A stretch of 64,000 nt of DNA, taken from contig CAZQDR010000003.1 in NCBI GenBank assembly GCA_964591715.1, positions 269 to 64,268 of the forward strand, given 5' to 3'. Positions 8,032-17,918 of this stretch are shown in pieces (position 1 is the stretch's first letter; each line of letters starts with the position of its first letter). The notes beneath the pieces are model-generated. The model saw only the letters and a program-made list of their open reading frames with translations, was not told where the DNA came from and made no database searches. The translations under genes and the position numbers were made by a program. This DNA comes from an uncultured Candidatus Saccharibacteria bacterium (lineage in GTDB: Bacteria > Patescibacteriota > Minisyncoccia > Phycocordibacterales > JACOZG01).

Positions 8032-10020
8032 TTACTGAGGCAACGAAACCGTACCAGTTCTCCAGTCGGTCAAACCGGCCATGAAGGTGCTGGTGTTTAC
8101 ATCACTACCATTCAATGACGATTTGATTGCTTCGACACCAACCGCGTATGAGTCGAGGGTCGTAATACCCGCAACACCAGCCGCAGATTTGTCCAAGAAG
8201 GTGAAGGTAACCGGAATAGTTACATCATTACCGTCGGTGATCTTAGCCTTCTGGCCAGTAAGGAGGCCAGTAGTGATCACGCCAGCGTTTGAAGGAATAG
8301 TGAAGTCCGTCGTTGAAGCAACTGGGAAGGCCGTAAGCGTACCACCCTTGTAGATACCTAAGACAAAGGTAGAGGAAGCTGACTGCGTTCCGAGGTAAAC
8401 GTCAGAACCAACCGCCTTAACGTTAACGTTGAACTTGGCAGTAACCGTCGTAGTAGCGCGGCCATTACCATCATTGTTGGTCTCAGCAGTAATCGTAGGC
8501 GAACCAACGATAGTAAACTGAGGACCAGCACTGACAATGTACATCGTGTTACCAGCGGCGCTGCCTGACTTGTCGGTGATTACATCACCAACAGTGTTCT
8601 CAACCGTAACATCGGCATTAGCAACAGAAACGCTAATTGGCGAGGCTACAGAAGTTGCGCGGCGGACATCAGCCTTGATCGTAAGGGTCTTGGTAGAGTC
8701 CTTGGCAATCAAAACATCCAAGTCCGAGAAGGTGGCACGAGTGGTACCAGTCTCAGCACTGTCAATCTCGGTGGAACCGTCGTAGAGATAGATAGTAGTG
8801 GTGGTAGCACCGGCACCAGAAACCGTCGAGCTAGCGAGAGTAACAGTCAAGTCAGTCATGGTCAAATCATCCTTCTTGGCTTTGAGATCAAAGGTCAAGA
8901 GAGACAACTTGTTGTACTCGTTATCATTGCTGCCATCCGTAGCCGCAATCTGGCCAGAGAGAGGGTTGCTGCCACTGGCAGAAACCGTCAATGAAGCAGC
9001 GTCGGTTAGGGAAGAATCAACATTGATAGCACGGCTAACTGAGGAACCCGTAGCTGGGGAGTACTGGTCAATGCCAGCGCCATCCATACCGCGGATACCA
9101 TCATTAGCTAACTGAACCGTGTAAGTCTCGGTGTCAATATCGGTTGAATCGATACTGTCGCGAACGTCAGCCTTGATCGTCAAAATCTTGCTGGAGTTCT
9201 TTGGAACAACCAGGTTGATTCCGGCCAAAGTGATGTAGTAGCGCCCACCATCCTTAACTACCGTTGAGGAGTTAAGATCAGCAGAAGCCAAAACAGTTGA
9301 ACCATCCGTCACATAGACCTTTTGATAGATCTTGTTGTAGATAGCCGTTGAAGCACCGAGGTCTAACTTGACACGCTGGATAGCAATGTCTGAGTTCTTA
9401 GCCTCAACCTTGAAACCAAGGATTGCTGCCATGTCATCTCCTTCGTAAATCGTTGAGTTAACACCGACACTTGAAGAAGTAACAGAAAGCGTACCCTCGA
9501 TACCAGGAGTGGTGATCGTGCCTGTGCAGGAAGCACCCGTAACTGGATTAACTACCCAACCAGCCTGGCAACCAGAAGTGGTGGTCGTAGTGGTGGTCGT
9601 AGTCGTAGTACCACCCATCATCGCGTTGATAGCGGCGCGGGTCTGAGGACCAACCTGACCGACTTGGGCAATGCCCTTAGCGGCCTGGAAGGCTAGAACA
9701 GCGGCCTTGGTCTGTGCACCAAAGTAACCCGTTGGACCAGCTGGAATCGTATAACCATTACCTTGCAAGAAGTTCTGCAAAGCAGTAACTTCAGCGCCCC
9801 TGCTACCTACAGCCAACTGTTGGGTAAGCATTGCTGAACCAGTCGTGCTCGTGTTGCTACCACCCAAAAGAGCGGTCAACGATTGGAGCAAAGCTGGGTT
9901 AGCGGTCAAAGCGGCCATGATCTGATTAGCAGTCAAGGTCTCGGCGCCAGCGATCGAAACCGTCGCGCTCAAGGCCAAGGCTACTACAGCCAAGCCAACA
10001 AATAATTTCTTAATACTCAT
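8032..10020 (-). CDS. Large secreted surface protein: PG-binding domain, poly-Thr linker, repeated Ig-like modules
   Basis: Signal peptide; PG_binding_1-like GSRGAEVTALQNFLQGNGY...GAQTKAAVLAFQ; a T9 linker; and two copies of ...KTLTIKADVR... modules. Confidence 0.6.
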   Translation of the reverse strand: MSIKKLFVGLAVVALALSATVSIAGAETLTANQIMAALTANPALLQSLTALLGGSNTSTTGSAMLTQQLAVGSRGAEVTALQNFLQGNGYTIPAGPTGYFGAQTKAAVLAFQAAKGIAQVGQVGPQTRAAINAMMGGTTTTTTTTTTTSGCQAGWVVNPVTGASCTGTITTPGIEGTLSVTSSSVGVNSTIYEGDDMAAILGFKVEAKNSDIAIQRVKLDLGASTAIYNKIYQKVYVTDGSTVLASADLNSSTVVKDGGRYYITLAGINLVVPKNSSKILTIKADVRDSIDSTDIDTETYTVQLANDGIRGMDGAGIDQYSPATGSSVSRAINVDSSLTDAASLTVSASGSNPLSGQIAATDGSNDNEYNKLSLLTFDLKAKKDDLTMTDLTVTLASSTVSGAGATTTTIYLYDGSTEIDSAETGTTRATFSDLDVLIAKDSTKTLTIKADVRRATSVASPISVSVANADVTVENTVGDVITDKSGSAAGNTMYIVSAGPQFTIVGSPTITAETNNDGNGRATTTVTAKFNVNVKAVGSDVYLGTQSASSTFVLGIYKGGTLTAFPVASTTDFTIPSNAGVITTGLLTGQKAKITDGNDVTIPVTFTFLDKSAAGVAGITTLDSYAVGVEAIKSSLNGSDVNTSTFMAGLTDWRTGTVSLPQ

Positions 10021-10405
10021 AAATTGTAATAACTAATAAATTTAAACACCAAAACCTGGTGATCCATTTTAGCTTCGACAGTCACTAAAATTTCTCACCA
10101 TTTTCTAAATTTTACTAATCCTTCAAGCTAGCAGCCTAGGCCCTGTTCGACATGGCCCCGCCCACCAGAGAGAAGGTTAATAAACAATGGAACTTAATTA
10201 AGTGGATTTCAGATGAATCGGACATTCAGTAATTATTTAATTTTCAACGTTCCACCAAGACGGAAAAAACTGCCGTATCTGTTTGAGTAATTATAGTATT
10301 AGAGCCCCCCTAGCTGCAAATCCGGTGTGGATAAACCTCTTCAGTGAGGCGCTAATACTGCCTAAGCACTATATACCAAATGACGAGCTAAGTCAACGGC
10401 GATCT

Positions 10406-11059
10406 CTAGGGTATTAAGCGGTAGCGACTCCAGCGGCGATCACCTTCGCGCGAGACCTGACCCAGGCGAACCAAGTCAGATAATTCGCGCTGAACAGTCT
10501 TGTTGCTAACAGCTGGAACAGCTTGAGAAATGTCCTTTATGGATGATTCGCCGTGACTTTTTAAAAAGCGCAAAATCTGATCGCGGCGCGAACTGGCCGC
10601 CTCAGTTGCCTTAACGGGCAGGCTCGGTCGAGGCTCAATTTGTCTCTTAACTGGCTCCGGACTAGCGGGTATAGCGGCTGGGGACTTATTCTCGACCAAA
10701 TAAGGCGTGAGACTGGGTAACGGCTCGGCAATTACCGCCTGTTTCTCGCGCAGCAAAAGCTCTCCCAAACTTTGGTACTCTTGCTTCAAAATCGTCAGAT
10801 TCATCTCGGAAACTTGATGGGCCAAGAGCGCAATATCCAAGTAGCCAACCATCTGATTGATCGCGGAAAGTGAACCCTCGGGAGTGAGGGGGTTGATCTG
10901 CTTAGCAACAGCCAAAGCTTGCTCCCGCAAATGCCATTTGAGGGGGTCATTATCGTGCAAAAAACCACTAATTAGATAAGTGGCGCTGGCCAGCTTTTGG
11001 GCCTTTAAGACAGCCATTTCCTTTACGTTGTCTTTTAGATTATTGTCCTTTTGCTCCAT
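10406..11059 (-). CDS. Putative transcriptional regulator (helical N-domain plus C-terminal DeoR-type wHTH)
   Basis: C-terminal RDQILRFLKSHGESSIKDISQAVPAVSNKTVQRELSDLVRLGQV. Confidence 0.5.
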   Translation of the reverse strand: MEQKDNNLKDNVKEMAVLKAQKLASATYLISGFLHDNDPLKWHLREQALAVAKQINPLTPEGSLSAINQMVGYLDIALLAHQVSEMNLTILKQEYQSLGELLLREKQAVIAEPLPSLTPYLVENKSPAAIPASPEPVKRQIEPRPSLPVKATEAASSRRDQILRFLKSHGESSIKDISQAVPAVSNKTVQRELSDLVRLGQVSREGDRRWSRYRLIP

Positions 11060-11087
11060 GGCTTTTATATGTCCTTTATTATATATA

Positions 11088-11105
11088 GGACAAAACGTTT
11101 TGTCC
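11088..11105. promoter_or_regulatory. Perfect 18-bp palindrome GGACAAAACGTTTTGTCC in a divergent promoter region
   Basis: Read directly from the sequence. A third TGTCC half-site lies at 11070-11074. Confidence 0.5.
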
Positions 11106-11135
11106 AGTGGACGCTAGTGTTATACTAATAGGCAC

Positions 11136-13352
11136 ATGGCCCGCCCCAAGAAGAAAGCTGCTAAAAAAGCAGTCGAGAAAGCCGAACCCGCCGCCCCGCT
11201 TTTGAAGACGGAAACGCTCCACGGCATCCTAGCGGTGGCCTGCTTTGCGGCAGCCCTGTTCTTCCTCTTATCGGCCACCCCCTACGCCGGGGCGGCAGGT
11301 GAGTTTACCTACAACTTCTTTGCCAAAATGTTCGGCACCGGCTTCTACGCTATCCCGATTGTCTTGGCGCTTTTGGGTATCTCCTTTATCCGATTGGTTC
11401 GACCCAACTTTGTGGTAGTTCGCCTAGTCGCTGGCCTAGTTTCCTTTATCGCCTTCCTGGCCATTATTAGTACGGTCTTCCATAACTCCGCCTCCGTCAG
11501 CGGTGGCGTCATTGGCACAGCGATCGCCAGTCCCCTCACCCAACTCTTTAATATCTACAGCCTAGTGCTGCTCTTCGCCCTGGTGATTATTTCGCAACTC
11601 GTCCTCTTTGATACTCACATCCGACGTCACTGGTTTACCCCCTGGCGCTACTTCCGCCGGGCCGAGATTGGCGAGGGAGAAGTAGGTATTACTCTCGCCC
11701 CTGATGCCATGGTTCCCAGCCTAGAAGCCGCGCCAGTAATGGCAGCCGCCACCAAGGAAGAAGAAATTAAAACCGAGAGCAAGCCGCTTAAAACTACCGA
11801 GCCGCCCACCGAGGAAGAGTCCATCTTTTCGCGCTTAACCAGCTTTGGTGGTAAGCGTTCTTACAATACAGAGTTCACTCCCCCGCCACTTAATCTTTTA
11901 GAGCACGATAGTGGCAAGCCGGGCGCCGGTGACATTAAAGCTAACGCCAATATCATTAAGCGGACGCTCCAGAACTTTGGCATCATGGTGGAAATGGATG
12001 AAGTGTCTATCGGTCCCTCCATTACTCGCTACGCCTTAAAACCAGCCGAGGGCGTTAAGCTCTCGCGCATTCTGGCTCTCCAAAATGATCTCTCGCTGGC
12101 CCTCGCCGCTCACCCAATTCGAATCGAAGCGCCAATCCCCGGCAAGTCACTGGTGGGTATCGAAATTCCTAACCGCACCAAATCAATTGTGGGCTTGGCG
12201 TCACTAATTGGTAGCAAAGAATTTAGCGAGTCACCTAACCCGCTCATGGTCTCGCTCGGCCGCGGCATTACTGGTATCTCCCACTTTGCCAACGTGGCTA
12301 AAGCGCCCCACTTACTGATCGCTGGTACTACCGGCTCGGGTAAATCGGTCGTTATCCACACCTTTATTACCTCCCTGCTTTATCGCAACGCTCCAGACCA
12401 ACTGCGCTTTATTATGATTGACCCTAAGCGCGTCGAGTTAACGCTCTATAATAAGATCCCCCACCTGCTTACCCCCGTGGTCACTGATCCAAAAAAGGCG
12501 ATCATGGTCTTAAAGTGGGCCATTAAGGAAATGGAACGGCGTTACAACCTGCTTGAGCAACATACCGTCCGCGACATTCAGTCGTATCACAAAAACATTC
12601 TGGAACCCGCCTACTCTCAAGTGGCCGGCCGCACCCTAACGCCCGAGGAGGAGACCGCCCTGCCGGAGAAGATGCCTTATATCGTCGTTATCATTGATGA
12701 GTTGGCCGATATCATGTCCACCTATCCACGCGAACTCGAGGCCGCTATTGTACGCCTCGCCCAAATGTCACGCGCCATCGGTATCCACTTAGTCCTCTCA
12801 ACCCAGCGACCGTCGGTGGAGGTTATTACTGGTTTGATTAAAGCTAACATTCCCACTCGGATCGCTCTCCAAGTCGCCTCGCAAATTGATTCCCGCACGA
12901 TTTTGGATATGGCTGGCGCCGAGAAGCTCTTAGGTTCGGGTGACATGCTCTACCTCTCGGGTGAAATGTCGAAGCCAAACCGCCTCCAGAGTGCCTTTAT
13001 CTCTGAAGAGGAGGTTAAAAAAGTGGTTGGTTATCTGGCCACAAACTATGGCGACCAAGCCGCTGACGAATTAGCCCTCAATACCGCTGAGGCTGGACCA
13101 TTTACCAGTGTTGACCTTGAGGACGACGGTGGTGGCGAAGGTGATGATGACGAACTTTACGAGGAAGCCCGCGAGATTGTCATTAAGGCTGGCAAAGCCT
13201 CCGCCTCCTACTTACAACGCAAATTAAAAGTGGGCTATGCCCGCGCTGCTCGCCTACTCGATATGCTGGAAGAGCGCGGCGTCATTGGTCCTGGCGAAGG
13301 AGCTAAACAACGAGAAGTCTATGAGAAAGATACTGCGCCGACTGAGTTCTAA
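11136..13352 (+). CDS. ftsK: DNA translocase FtsK/SpoIIIE
   Basis: N-terminal TM helices, Walker A GTTGSGKS, the IVVIIDELADIM box, and a C-terminal gamma-domain YLQRKLKVGYARAARLLDMLEERGVIGP. Confidence 0.92.
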   Translation: MARPKKKAAKKAVEKAEPAAPLLKTETLHGILAVACFAAALFFLLSATPYAGAAGEFTYNFFAKMFGTGFYAIPIVLALLGISFIRLVRPNFVVVRLVAGLVSFIAFLAIISTVFHNSASVSGGVIGTAIASPLTQLFNIYSLVLLFALVIISQLVLFDTHIRRHWFTPWRYFRRAEIGEGEVGITLAPDAMVPSLEAAPVMAAATKEEEIKTESKPLKTTEPPTEEESIFSRLTSFGGKRSYNTEFTPPPLNLLEHDSGKPGAGDIKANANIIKRTLQNFGIMVEMDEVSIGPSITRYALKPAEGVKLSRILALQNDLSLALAAHPIRIEAPIPGKSLVGIEIPNRTKSIVGLASLIGSKEFSESPNPLMVSLGRGITGISHFANVAKAPHLLIAGTTGSGKSVVIHTFITSLLYRNAPDQLRFIMIDPKRVELTLYNKIPHLLTPVVTDPKKAIMVLKWAIKEMERRYNLLEQHTVRDIQSYHKNILEPAYSQVAGRTLTPEEETALPEKMPYIVVIIDELADIMSTYPRELEAAIVRLAQMSRAIGIHLVLSTQRPSVEVITGLIKANIPTRIALQVASQIDSRTILDMAGAEKLLGSGDMLYLSGEMSKPNRLQSAFISEEEVKKVVGYLATNYGDQAADELALNTAEAGPFTSVDLEDDGGGEGDDDELYEEAREIVIKAGKASASYLQRKLKVGYARAARLLDMLEERGVIGPGEGAKQREVYEKDTAPTEF

Positions 13353-13671
13353 ACATCTGATTGTTCTCGGGTTTATCTTCATTATTGTTGGCTATGCTAG
13401 CTACCAGATGTACGGCATCGCCAGTGGCCCAGTTCTCAAGATAACCGCTCCCTCGCCCGCGACTACGGTCAATTCGCCGCTGGTCACGGTTAGCGGCCAG
13501 GCTAAGCGCATTGCCCACATCTATTTAAATAACTCCCAAATCTTTACTGATGAGTCTGGTAACTTTAAAGAGAAATTGTTGCTCGCTCCGGGATATAATA
13601 TACTTAAATTAGCTGTTACTGATAAGTTCGGTCGATACGTCGAAAAGAAATTAGAAGTCGTCTACAATTAA
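13321..13671 (+). CDS. Membrane-anchored Ig-like protein
   Basis: Start re-picked at MRKILRRL (ATG at 13321), overlapping the ftsK end. It has a TM helix followed by a beta-rich domain. Confidence 0.45.
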   Translation: MRKILRRLSSKHLIVLGFIFIIVGYASYQMYGIASGPVLKITAPSPATTVNSPLVTVSGQAKRIAHIYLNNSQIFTDESGNFKEKLLLAPGYNILKLAVTDKFGRYVEKKLEVVYN

Positions 13672-13681
13672 TATATACACT

Positions 13682-14698
13682 ATGGCAAAAAAAGCGCCCC
13701 GCGAAGATTTATCCGGGGCTGGTATTGAGGATACAATTCGTTCGATTGAGACCAAGTTCGGCGAGGGTTCGATTATGAAGCTGGGCGAGAAGCCCAAGGT
13801 TGACGTCGGCGCCGTCTCCACCGGCTCGGTCAGTTTAGATATGGCTTTAGGCATTGGCGGTCTCCCTCGCGGCCGCATTATTGAAATTTACGGACCCGAA
13901 TCATCCGGTAAAACGACGCTCGCCCTGCACGTCGTCGCTCAAGCCCAAAAGCTGGGTGGCGTTTGTGCTTATATTGATGCCGAGCACGCCCTAGACCCCG
14001 AGTATACGAAGAAGATCGGCGTTAAAATTGAAGACTTGCTGATCTCGCAACCAGACTACGGCGAGCAAGCTTTGGAAATCTCGGAAAGCTTAATCCGCTC
14101 TGGCAAAATTGATGTCATTGTCATTGACTCCGTTGCCGCTCTGACCCCTAAAGATGAGATCGAGGGCGACGTGGGAGCATATCATGTGGGCAAGCAGGCC
14201 CGACTCATGAGCCAAGCGCTCCGCAAAATGACCGCTATCGTTGCCAAGTCCAAAACCGTCGTGATCTTTATCAATCAGATTCGCATGCAAATCGGCGTCA
14301 TGTTTGGCAATCCGGAGACTACACCAGGTGGCAAGGCACTTAAGTTTTACGCTTCGGTCCGACTGGATATCCGCCGCATTGCTCAAATCAAGAAGGGTGA
14401 AGAAATTGTTGGTGGCCGGGTCCGAGTGAAGGTCGTGAAGAACAAGGTGGCGGCACCATTTAAGATTGGCGAGTTCGATGTTCTTTACAACGAGGGCATC
14501 TCCCCCGAAGGGGAAATTATTGCGCTTGGCGAGAAATCTGGTATTATCTCGAAGTCTGGGTCGTCCTACGCCTACGGTGAGATTAAACTCGGTCGCGGCT
14601 ATGACGCGGCTCGGACCTACTTGAAGGAGAATCCTAAACTTCAGAAAGAATTATTACAGAAGATTAAGGCCGCTTTGGCCGCCGAACAACAAGCATAG
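13682..14698 (+). CDS. recA: Recombinase RecA
   Basis: [13 protein letters not shown]-loop, the IDAEHALDP motif, and [23 protein letters not shown]. Confidence 0.95.
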   Translation: MAKKAPREDLSGAGIEDTIRSIETKFGEGSIMKLGEKPKVDVGAVSTGSVSLDMALGIGGLPRGRIIEIYGPESSGKTTLALHVVAQAQKLGGVCAYIDAEHALDPEYTKKIGVKIEDLLISQPDYGEQALEISESLIRSGKIDVIVIDSVAALTPKDEIEGDVGAYHVGKQARLMSQALRKMTAIVAKSKTVVIFINQIRMQIGVMFGNPETTPGGKALKFYASVRLDIRRIAQIKKGEEIVGGRVRVKVVKNKVAAPFKIGEFDVLYNEGISPEGEIIALGEKSGIISKSGSSYAYGEIKLGRGYDAARTYLKENPKLQKELLQKIKAALAAEQQA

Positions 14699-14701
14699 CC
14701 T

Positions 14702-15277
14702 ATGGCGTCAATTGATTATAGTGAGGTAAAAGAGCGCCGCCACATCGTTTTGGATGGCGAACCGTACGAAGTTTTATCAAGCCACGTCTTTCGCAAACAA
14801 CAGCGCAAGCCGGTTAATGCGACGAAATTAAAAAACCTGATCACCGGCAAAGTGCGCGAGCACTCGTTCCACGTTAGCGATCAGGTCGAAGTGGCCGAAC
14901 TGAACGAGAAAGAAGTAATTTATTTGTATAATCACCGCGGTGAGTTTTGGTTTTGTGATGCCAGCAACAAGTCTAATCGCTTTGAACTGCCCGACAAGCT
15001 GGTTGGCGAACAAATGAAGTTCACCAAACCCAACACCACGATCTCCCTGCTCTCCTTTGGCGACCTGCCGATTGGCGTTAAAACGCCCGTGAAGGTGGAG
15101 TTGCGGGTAAAAGAGGCCGCGCCAGCCGTTAAGGGCAACACCGTCCAAGGTGGTACCAAACGGGTCATCCTAGAGACCGGCGCCGAGATGGACGTCCCAA
15201 TGTTCATTAACGAAGGTGATGTTTTGGTCATCAATACCAACACCGGCGAGTACGTTGAACGCTTAGGTAAGAAGTAA
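14702..15277 (+). CDS. efp: Elongation factor P
   Basis: EF-P length and KOW/OB pattern (TKLKNLITGK, VPMFINEGDVLVINT). The modification loop is atypical; see findings. Confidence 0.85.
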   Translation: MASIDYSEVKERRHIVLDGEPYEVLSSHVFRKQQRKPVNATKLKNLITGKVREHSFHVSDQVEVAELNEKEVIYLYNHRGEFWFCDASNKSNRFELPDKLVGEQMKFTKPNTTISLLSFGDLPIGVKTPVKVELRVKEAAPAVKGNTVQGGTKRVILETGAEMDVPMFINEGDVLVINTNTGEYVERLGKK

Positions 15278-15289
15278 ACCTCTCTCACT

Positions 15290-15337
15290 AAAAAACCGCC
15301 CCGTTAAATCTGAACAAATTTAACGGGGCGGTTTTTT
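15290..15337. terminator. Bidirectional intrinsic terminator between efp and rpsR
   Basis: AACCGCCCCGTTAAAT...ATTTAACGGGGCGGTT long stem flanked by A6 and T6. Confidence 0.8.
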
Positions 15338-15344
15338 AGTTGAC

Positions 15345-15545
15345 TTAGCGTGAGATGAACGGCAAGAGTGCCAAATGACGAGCGCGTTTTACTGCCTCGG
15401 TCAGCTTGCGCTGGTGGTTAGAGCAGTTGTTTGAGCGTTTGTGATTAACAATTTTGGCGTACGGATCAATAAACTTCTTTAAAAGTTCAGTGTCCTTGTA
15501 ATCAATATACTTAATATTATTCGTGCAAAAGTGACAGTATTTCAT
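15345..15545 (-). CDS. rpsR: 30S ribosomal protein S18
   Basis: IDYKDTELLKKFI...QRKLTEAVKRARHLALLPF. Confidence 0.85.
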   Translation of the reverse strand: MKYCHFCTNNIKYIDYKDTELLKKFIDPYAKIVNHKRSNNCSNHQRKLTEAVKRARHLALLPFISR

Positions 15546-15548
15546 AAA

Positions 15549-15998
15549 TTAGAATGGGATATCGTCAGGGTTAATGTCTTCCTCGGGGTACTCGATCGTC
15601 TTGACCGTCTCACGGGGGGCCTCGCCGGTCCCGGCCGCCGCGGCGGCGGGAGCACCACTGGGAGCGGCGCCGCCCTTGGGTCCAAACTGAACGCGGTCAG
15701 CGACGATCTCGGTCCGGTACTGCTTCTTGCCATCCTTATCGTCCCAGCTGCGGGTTTGGAGTCGGCCTTCAATCAACAGCGAGTTACCTTTCTTCATGTA
15801 CTGCGAGACATTCTCCGCTTGGCTACCGAAAACCACGACGTTGTGATACTGGGTGTCCTCCTGGCGAGCACCGTTCTTGTCGCGCCAGACGCGATTAGTG
15901 GCCATCCCCATCGTGCAAACCTTAATGCCTGACGGCAATGACTTGAGTTCGGGATCGCGGGTCAGATTACCAATCAAAATAACTTTGTTAAGATACAT
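15549..15998 (-). CDS. ssb: Single-stranded DNA-binding protein
   Basis: OB fold MYLNKVILIGNLTRDPEL and an acidic tail DDIPF. Confidence 0.9.
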   Translation of the reverse strand: MYLNKVILIGNLTRDPELKSLPSGIKVCTMGMATNRVWRDKNGARQEDTQYHNVVVFGSQAENVSQYMKKGNSLLIEGRLQTRSWDDKDGKKQYRTEIVADRVQFGPKGGAAPSGAPAAAAAGTGEAPRETVKTIEYPEEDINPDDIPF

Positions 15999-16001
15999 AG
16001 T

Positions 16002-16505
16002 TTATTTATTTGGCGTTAAGAGACTATCAATCTCTTTATCAATGGCCTCGTCGGTCATGACGGCCGGCTTGGCCTCCGCCTCCACACTACCCTCAGGGAC
16101 CAAGACGCTTTTAGCAGCGGCTGGTGGTGGAATGCGGCGTTCGACCTTCTTATTATAATCCTTCGGCAAGATGATAAGGAGCGTGCGGACCAATTCAACA
16201 ATCTTCTTTAAATCATTAGTAAACGAAACGATTGACTCTGATCCTAGTTCAAAACGGATTGAACCAAAGTAAGACTCCTTAAACGTACTGGACTTGTGCT
16301 CCACAACTTGGCGAATTGGGTAAGCGAGAGCCATCATTTTGGGTCCGGTCTCCTCCTTTAGCTTAGCGCCAATCTTAGTAAGTTGGGCTTTGATTTTACT
16401 CTCGACCAATTCGAGCACCTTCTCCTCAGGCAATAACGGGGTTACTAAATAACCTAACTCGTAGGTCTTGACGCTCTTGGCGTTAATATCATCTTGTTTT
16501 TCCAT
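16002..16505 (-). CDS. rpsF: 30S ribosomal protein S6 with a C-terminal extension
   Basis: Standard rpsF-ssb-rpsR gene order and the YELGYLVTP start motif. Start trimmed to MEKQDD (ATG at 16505). Confidence 0.7.
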   Translation of the reverse strand: MEKQDDINAKSVKTYELGYLVTPLLPEEKVLELVESKIKAQLTKIGAKLKEETGPKMMALAYPIRQVVEHKSSTFKESYFGSIRFELGSESIVSFTNDLKKIVELVRTLLIILPKDYNKKVERRIPPPAAAKSVLVPEGSVEAEAKPAVMTDEAIDKEIDSLLTPNK

Positions 16506-16510
16506 TGCGG

Positions 16511-17284
16511 CTATAGTAGCAAAGACGGGAGATAATTGCAAATAGCGTTATTTAGAGTCGCCTTAAGCAGGCTCTCGGTCGAAATACCCTTAATTTGAGC
16601 CATCTTTTCGATAGTCGCTAAAACATGGAGCGGCTCATTCCGCTGGCCCCTAAAGGGTACCGGCGAGACATAGGGTGAATCGGTCTCGGCCATTAGTCGA
16701 TCTAAGGGCACCAGTTTAATTAGCTCATCGTAATCGGTGGTAAAAGTGATCACACCAGTAAATGACAGAGTAAAACCTAAGTCGAGAAACTGCTTTGCCT
16801 GGTCAGTGTTACCGGCAAAGAAGTGGGCGTTGCCTCGAGCCGCCGGAAAGTTTTTTAAAATCGCTAAGACATCATCGTAAGAATCGCGAATATGCAGCAT
16901 TAGCGGCTTGGCCAATTTAATCGCCAGCGCAATCTGCCACTCAAAGGCCGCTCGCTGTCGCTCTTTGGTGGCCGCGACATCATCAGTTAGTCTAAAATAG
17001 TCCAAGCCGCACTCCCCGATGGCCACCACTTTCTCGTGACTAGCCAGTTGCTCAAGCGCTGTCCACGCCGCTTCATCCAAGCCCGCAATCTCGTCCGGAT
17101 GAACGCCAACGGTCGCATAAAAATTGGGATTAGTCGTCAAAGCCACCACCGCCTCGGAACTTTTTAAATCGGTACCCACATTGATCACGCCGCAATCCGC
17201 AGCCACCGTCCGAGCGATCACCGCCTCGCGGTCAGCCTCAAAAGCGGCATCATTGAGGTGGGCATGGATATCAATTAATTTCAT
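16511..17284 (-). CDS. TatD-family metal-dependent hydrolase
   Basis: IDIHAHL..., GECGLDY, and the typical length. Confidence 0.8.
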   Translation of the reverse strand: MKLIDIHAHLNDAAFEADREAVIARTVAADCGVINVGTDLKSSEAVVALTTNPNFYATVGVHPDEIAGLDEAAWTALEQLASHEKVVAIGECGLDYFRLTDDVAATKERQRAAFEWQIALAIKLAKPLMLHIRDSYDDVLAILKNFPAARGNAHFFAGNTDQAKQFLDLGFTLSFTGVITFTTDYDELIKLVPLDRLMAETDSPYVSPVPFRGQRNEPLHVLATIEKMAQIKGISTESLLKATLNNAICNYLPSLLL

Positions 17285-17862
17285 GAAAATAAAGTCACCG
17301 CTTTAGCCACCTCGTCTTTAATGCCATCAATACAATCATAAGCCGCCACCTCGGCGACGTTGACCCAAGCAAAATCAGTAAAACCGCCCACCTCCGGCTT
17401 CACTTCCCCACTTCGATACTTGGCGGCAAATTTAACCAACATTACCGGTGTTTCGTCTGGTCGGACAAACGCGACGCTATTAATATATTTTAAATCTGGA
17501 TCAATCTCGATCCCCGCTTCCTCTCGCGTCTCCCGCACCAGCAAATCCTCCACCGCGTTCTCAAAATCAATCACCTCGCCATTTAAACGCGTGGGCCGCT
17601 CCAGCGGTAAGTCCTTCCATTCTAATTTACCGCCGGGCGTGGCCCACTTGCCGGGGTGGACCTTCTCGCGCGGGTCGCGTTTTAAAAGCAGGCAGCGACC
17701 GTCGCTCTCCCGATAGACCAACACATTGGCGACAAAATAAAACAGCTTCTCCGGTTTAGCATTATCAATACTGATCTTCTGGGCAGGCATAATTAAATTA
17801 ACTTTGTCTGGTTCCGCACCACGGGCAGAACCAAATCTTTTTATTTTTTGGCGCATCACCAA
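17281..17862 (-). CDS. NUDIX hydrolase
   Basis: Nudix box GGKLEW...LVRETREEAGIE. The start is uncertain; MPAQK is an alternative. Confidence 0.7.
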   Translation of the reverse strand: MVMRQKIKRFGSARGAEPDKVNLIMPAQKISIDNAKPEKLFYFVANVLVYRESDGRCLLLKRDPREKVHPGKWATPGGKLEWKDLPLERPTRLNGEVIDFENAVEDLLVRETREEAGIEIDPDLKYINSVAFVRPDETPVMLVKFAAKYRSGEVKPEVGGFTDFAWVNVAEVAAYDCIDGIKDEVAKAVTLFS

Positions 17863-17918
17863 TTGACCACCATTTTTTACACTTAAAGCAAGTAAAGTGG
17901 GTCAGAACTTCTATGCTT

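Noticed and set aside
9575-9612. A short tandem-looking DNA repeat GGTGGTCGTAGTGGTGGTCGTAGTCGTAGT.
   Set aside because: It is the antisense of ACC/ACG/ACT codons encoding the T9 poly-threonine linker of the surface protein. It is not a CRISPR or VNTR element.
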